Origin: Candidatus Poribacteria bacterium
GTDB taxonomy: Bacteria > Poribacteria > WGA-4E > PCPOR2b
Length of the DNA stretch: 64,000 nucleotides
Direction: 5' to 3'
NCBI GenBank assembly: GCA_965218095.1
Contig: OZ244587.1
Coordinates: forward strand, 1,408,001 to 1,472,000
In this document: positions 61,269 to 64,000 of the stretch, one piece after another
Position numbering within the stretch: the stretch's first letter is position 1
Layout of the letters: every line of letters starts with the position of its first letter
Notes under the pieces: generated by a model
Database searches by the model: none
What the model was told of the DNA's origin: nothing
Seen by the model: only the letters and a program-made list of their open reading frames with translations
Translations under genes and position numbers: made by a program

Positions 61269-62393
61269 CTATTCAGTCCTCGCTTGCTTTTGTACCTGTT
61301 GTGCGGCTTCCAACAGCGCGGTTGCCAGAAACTGTGGATTGACCTCGTCTTTTCCACGAAACGTCCGGACCCGCTCGCCACCGATCTTCAGCACTGCCAA
61401 CTCCTTGCCGCCTAAATGGATGCCGACCTCTGCATTACGGGTTTCGCCCGGACCATTCACCTCGCAGCCCATGACGGCAACGGGAATCTTGATGCCATGC
61501 TTTTCCAACAATTCTTCAGCGGCGGCAACGATGCCTTCGTAATCGGCCGCAGGATCTCCTCGTCCACAAAACGGACAGGAGACGACATCCAGGATATTAT
61601 CCGCCAAGCTCAACGTCCGAAGCAACTCCTTCGCTGTCAAGACCTCCTCGACCGGATTGCCGGTGATCGAGATTCGGATTGTGTCACCAATGCCTTCCAT
61701 CAACAGTGTGCCGATGCCGATTGTGGATTTGACATGCGCCCGGCGGGGCGTCCCTGCCTCCGTCACGCCGAGGTGGAGCGGATAGCGCACTTTTGCGGAG
61801 AGCAGTCGATTCGCCTTGATCATCCGCAGTGGATCACTGGATTTGACCGAGATTGCAATGTCTGTAAACTCGTGGTCCTCGCAGATTTTGACGTGGCGCA
61901 TCGCACTTTCAACGAGGGCTTCCGCTGTCGGCGAAGGGTATTTTTCTAACAGATCTTTCTCCAAAGACCCTTCGTTGACGCCGATACGAATTGGGATGTT
62001 CGCGGCTTTCGCTGCGGAGAGGACTTCGGTGATTCGCTTTTCATGGCCGATGTTGCCGGGATTGATTCGCACTTTCGCAACGCAGGCGTCAACAGCGGCA
62101 AGGGCATACCGATAGTTAAAGTGAATGTCCGCGACAATCGGCACAGATGCACGTTTGACAAGTTCCGACAATGCACTCGCGTCCTTTTCTTCCGGCACGG
62201 CGACGCGCACAATTTGGGCGCCGGCTTCTACACACTTTTCGGTTTGGCGCAGTGTGGCGTCAACATCATGGGTCAGGGTGGTCGTCATTGTTTGGATCGA
62301 GATCGGGTTTCCATCGCCGATTGGTACGTTTCCGACGTTGATTTGTCGCGTGGGTTTTCGATTGCTGATTTGTAGTAAATTTTCCATGTTCAT
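61269..62393 (-). CDS. ispG: HMBPP synthase (MEP pathway)
   Basis: VADIHF, RINPGN, LHLGVTEAG, SCP.CGR, MGC.VNGPGE. Confidence 0.96.
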   Translation of the reverse strand: MNMENLLQISNRKPTRQINVGNVPIGDGNPISIQTMTTTLTHDVDATLRQTEKCVEAGAQIVRVAVPEEKDASALSELVKRASVPIVADIHFNYRYALAAVDACVAKVRINPGNIGHEKRITEVLSAAKAANIPIRIGVNEGSLEKDLLEKYPSPTAEALVESAMRHVKICEDHEFTDIAISVKSSDPLRMIKANRLLSAKVRYPLHLGVTEAGTPRRAHVKSTIGIGTLLMEGIGDTIRISITGNPVEEVLTAKELLRTLSLADNILDVVSCPFCGRGDPAADYEGIVAAAEELLEKHGIKIPVAVMGCEVNGPGETRNAEVGIHLGGKELAVLKIGGERVRTFRGKDEVNPQFLATALLEAAQQVQKQARTE

Positions 62394-62448
62394 AAAAGAC
62401 TTCCCCCCTTTCTATTGCCTGTCGTGCTAAGTCTCAAAGAGACAAGAA

Positions 62449-62497
62449 GGGCAGGCACAAGACCTGCTCCTACAAGCCCCGTCCTTTAGGGCGGGGT
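62449..62497. repeat. REP-like unit plus IS200/IS605-end-like hairpin
   Basis: GGGCAGGCACAAGACCTGCTCCTAC followed by GCCCCGTCCTTTAGGGCGGGGT. Confidence 0.5.
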
Positions 62498-62505
62498 CGT
62501 TAATT

Positions 62506-63594
62506 CTATGTGATCCCTAGCACCTCTTTCAATCCCCTTACAAACCGCTCATTATCTTCAGGTTTACCAATCGTCACCCGGATTGAATTGGGGAAACCGT
62601 ATCCAGCCACAGGACGAACAATCACGCCTTTTCGCATGAGGGCGTCGGAGACTTCCTGTCCAGATTGGTCAAAATGGACCAGAATGAAATTCCCTTCGGA
62701 TTCGACATACGCCAGCCCCATCTGATCCAAGGCTTCGTAGAGAGCGGCTTTGCCGGCGGCGTTGACCTCTTGGCTACGACGGACGTGCTCGACATCTTTC
62801 AGCACTGCCCGCGCCGCCGCCTGCGCAACTAAGTTGCAGTTGAATGGCTGACGCACGCGATTCATCGTTTCAATAATATCGGGCTTGGCGAGCCCGTATC
62901 CGATTCGCATCCCTGCAAGCCCGTAAATCTTGGAGAACGTCCGCGTGATGATGACGTTGCGCCCCTCGTAGATGTAAGCGAGGGTCTGCGGATAGTCGGG
63001 TCGATCGACATATTCATAGTACGCTTCGTCAAAGACAACGAGGACATCATCCGGCACACGCGCCATCAATTTTTCGGTCTCCGTTTTCGTAACCATTGTC
63101 CCGGTCGGGTTGTTCGGATTGGCGATGAAGATGACGCGGGTCTGATCGGTGATTGCATCCGCCATCGCTTCCAAGTCCTGCGTGTAACCGCACATCGGCG
63201 TGATGATTGATTTCGCACTGAAAATTTTGGCAACCAGCATGTAAACGACGAAAGCGCTTTCCGAATAGATGACCTCGTCGTCCGGCGATATGTAGGTCTC
63301 CCCGACCAGTTGCAGCACTTCGTTGGAGCCGTTCCCTAAGATCAGATTTTCGGGCGTAACGCCGAGGTGCGCCGCCAGATCTTGTTTCAGGTAGTACGCA
63401 TTCCCGTCGGGGTAAAGGTTCACCTCCGTTGCTGCACCCTGGATGGCACCCATCGCCATGGGCGAAGGGCCCAGCAGGTTCTCATTCGATGCCAGCTTGA
63501 TAATATCCGTGATTCCCAACTCACGCTGGACCTCTTCAATCGGTTTCCCCCCTTGATAGGGCTGGATGGTTTCAATTCCGGGTTTCGGTCTCAT
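62506..63594 (-). CDS. hisC: Histidinol-phosphate aminotransferase
   Basis: KLASNEN, GNGS.E, NPNNPTG, DEAY, RTFSK.YGLAG.R.GY. Confidence 0.93.
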   Translation of the reverse strand: MRPKPGIETIQPYQGGKPIEEVQRELGITDIIKLASNENLLGPSPMAMGAIQGAATEVNLYPDGNAYYLKQDLAAHLGVTPENLILGNGSNEVLQLVGETYISPDDEVIYSESAFVVYMLVAKIFSAKSIITPMCGYTQDLEAMADAITDQTRVIFIANPNNPTGTMVTKTETEKLMARVPDDVLVVFDEAYYEYVDRPDYPQTLAYIYEGRNVIITRTFSKIYGLAGMRIGYGLAKPDIIETMNRVRQPFNCNLVAQAAARAVLKDVEHVRRSQEVNAAGKAALYEALDQMGLAYVESEGNFILVHFDQSGQEVSDALMRKGVIVRPVAGYGFPNSIRVTIGKPEDNERFVRGLKEVLGIT

Positions 63595-64000
63595 AGCTCC
63601 CCTCGTTGATGAGTTCGTCGATTTCCTCCAATAATGGCTCTTTCGCTATTTCATCTTTCATTATTATTAACCTAAGTTGCTATCTATTCCAGAATGTCGA
63701 TTTTGGAAAATCGACCTACTCGAAATAACTATCTAAAAAAGAGCGGGCGGCAGTGGTAAATTCTATTGAGAGATGTTCGGAAGTTTCATAGTTTTCATAG
63801 TTTTCCGAGGAAATGCGAGAATTGGATAGAGACAAAAACAGGTTCAGAACTCACGCTAGGACTGAGTTCTGGGTGGTTCGCACGGGAAGGTTCTCGGAAA
63901 GTTACTCGGAAACCCACGTTGCCACCTAAAGAATTGGAAGACTGGAAGATTGGAAGACTAGAAGAGTTTATCCCTTCCAGCCTTCTAGCCTTTTTCCCTT

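Noticed and set aside
63565-63659. Short acidic ORF (MKDEIAKEPLLEEIDEL...) overlapping the hisC start
   Set aside because: About 30 aa with no His-rich leader character; cannot be supported as a gene.

Overview
Bacterial chromosomal window. The accessory gene mix (PhyH-like dioxygenases, GHL10-like TIM barrels, a DUF6785-type membrane protein, a PQQ-type propeller) suggests a marine or sponge-associated lineage such as Ca. Poribacteria; this is inference only. The core is an intact 19-kb minus-strand str-S10-spc-alpha ribosomal superoperon (rpsL to rplQ) that lacks rpmD and adk-map-infA at their usual positions. Around it are purB, moaD/moaE, recG, ltaE, ispG, hisC, many catabolic enzymes, an IS3-family and an IS5-family element, several short MITE-like elements, a family of ~33-bp palindromes and about eight pseudogenes or remnants. 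Main leads: (1) a HerA ATPase plus NurA-like nuclease pair inside a BMP-family nucleoside ABC transporter operon; (2) an S12 with Thr at the streptomycin-resistance lysine (K43T) plus G92N; (3) a 33-bp palindrome inserted in frame in an ABC ATPase, with another copy where rpmD should be; (4) a MoaD whose Gly-Gly end is masked by QDV; (5) a block-charged His/Tyr-rich lipoprotein coupled to a FadL-like barrel; (6) a propeller / GHL10 / oxidoreductase / GHL10 cluster. No rRNA, tRNA or CRISPR array was seen. All family calls are from motif recognition, with no database searches.
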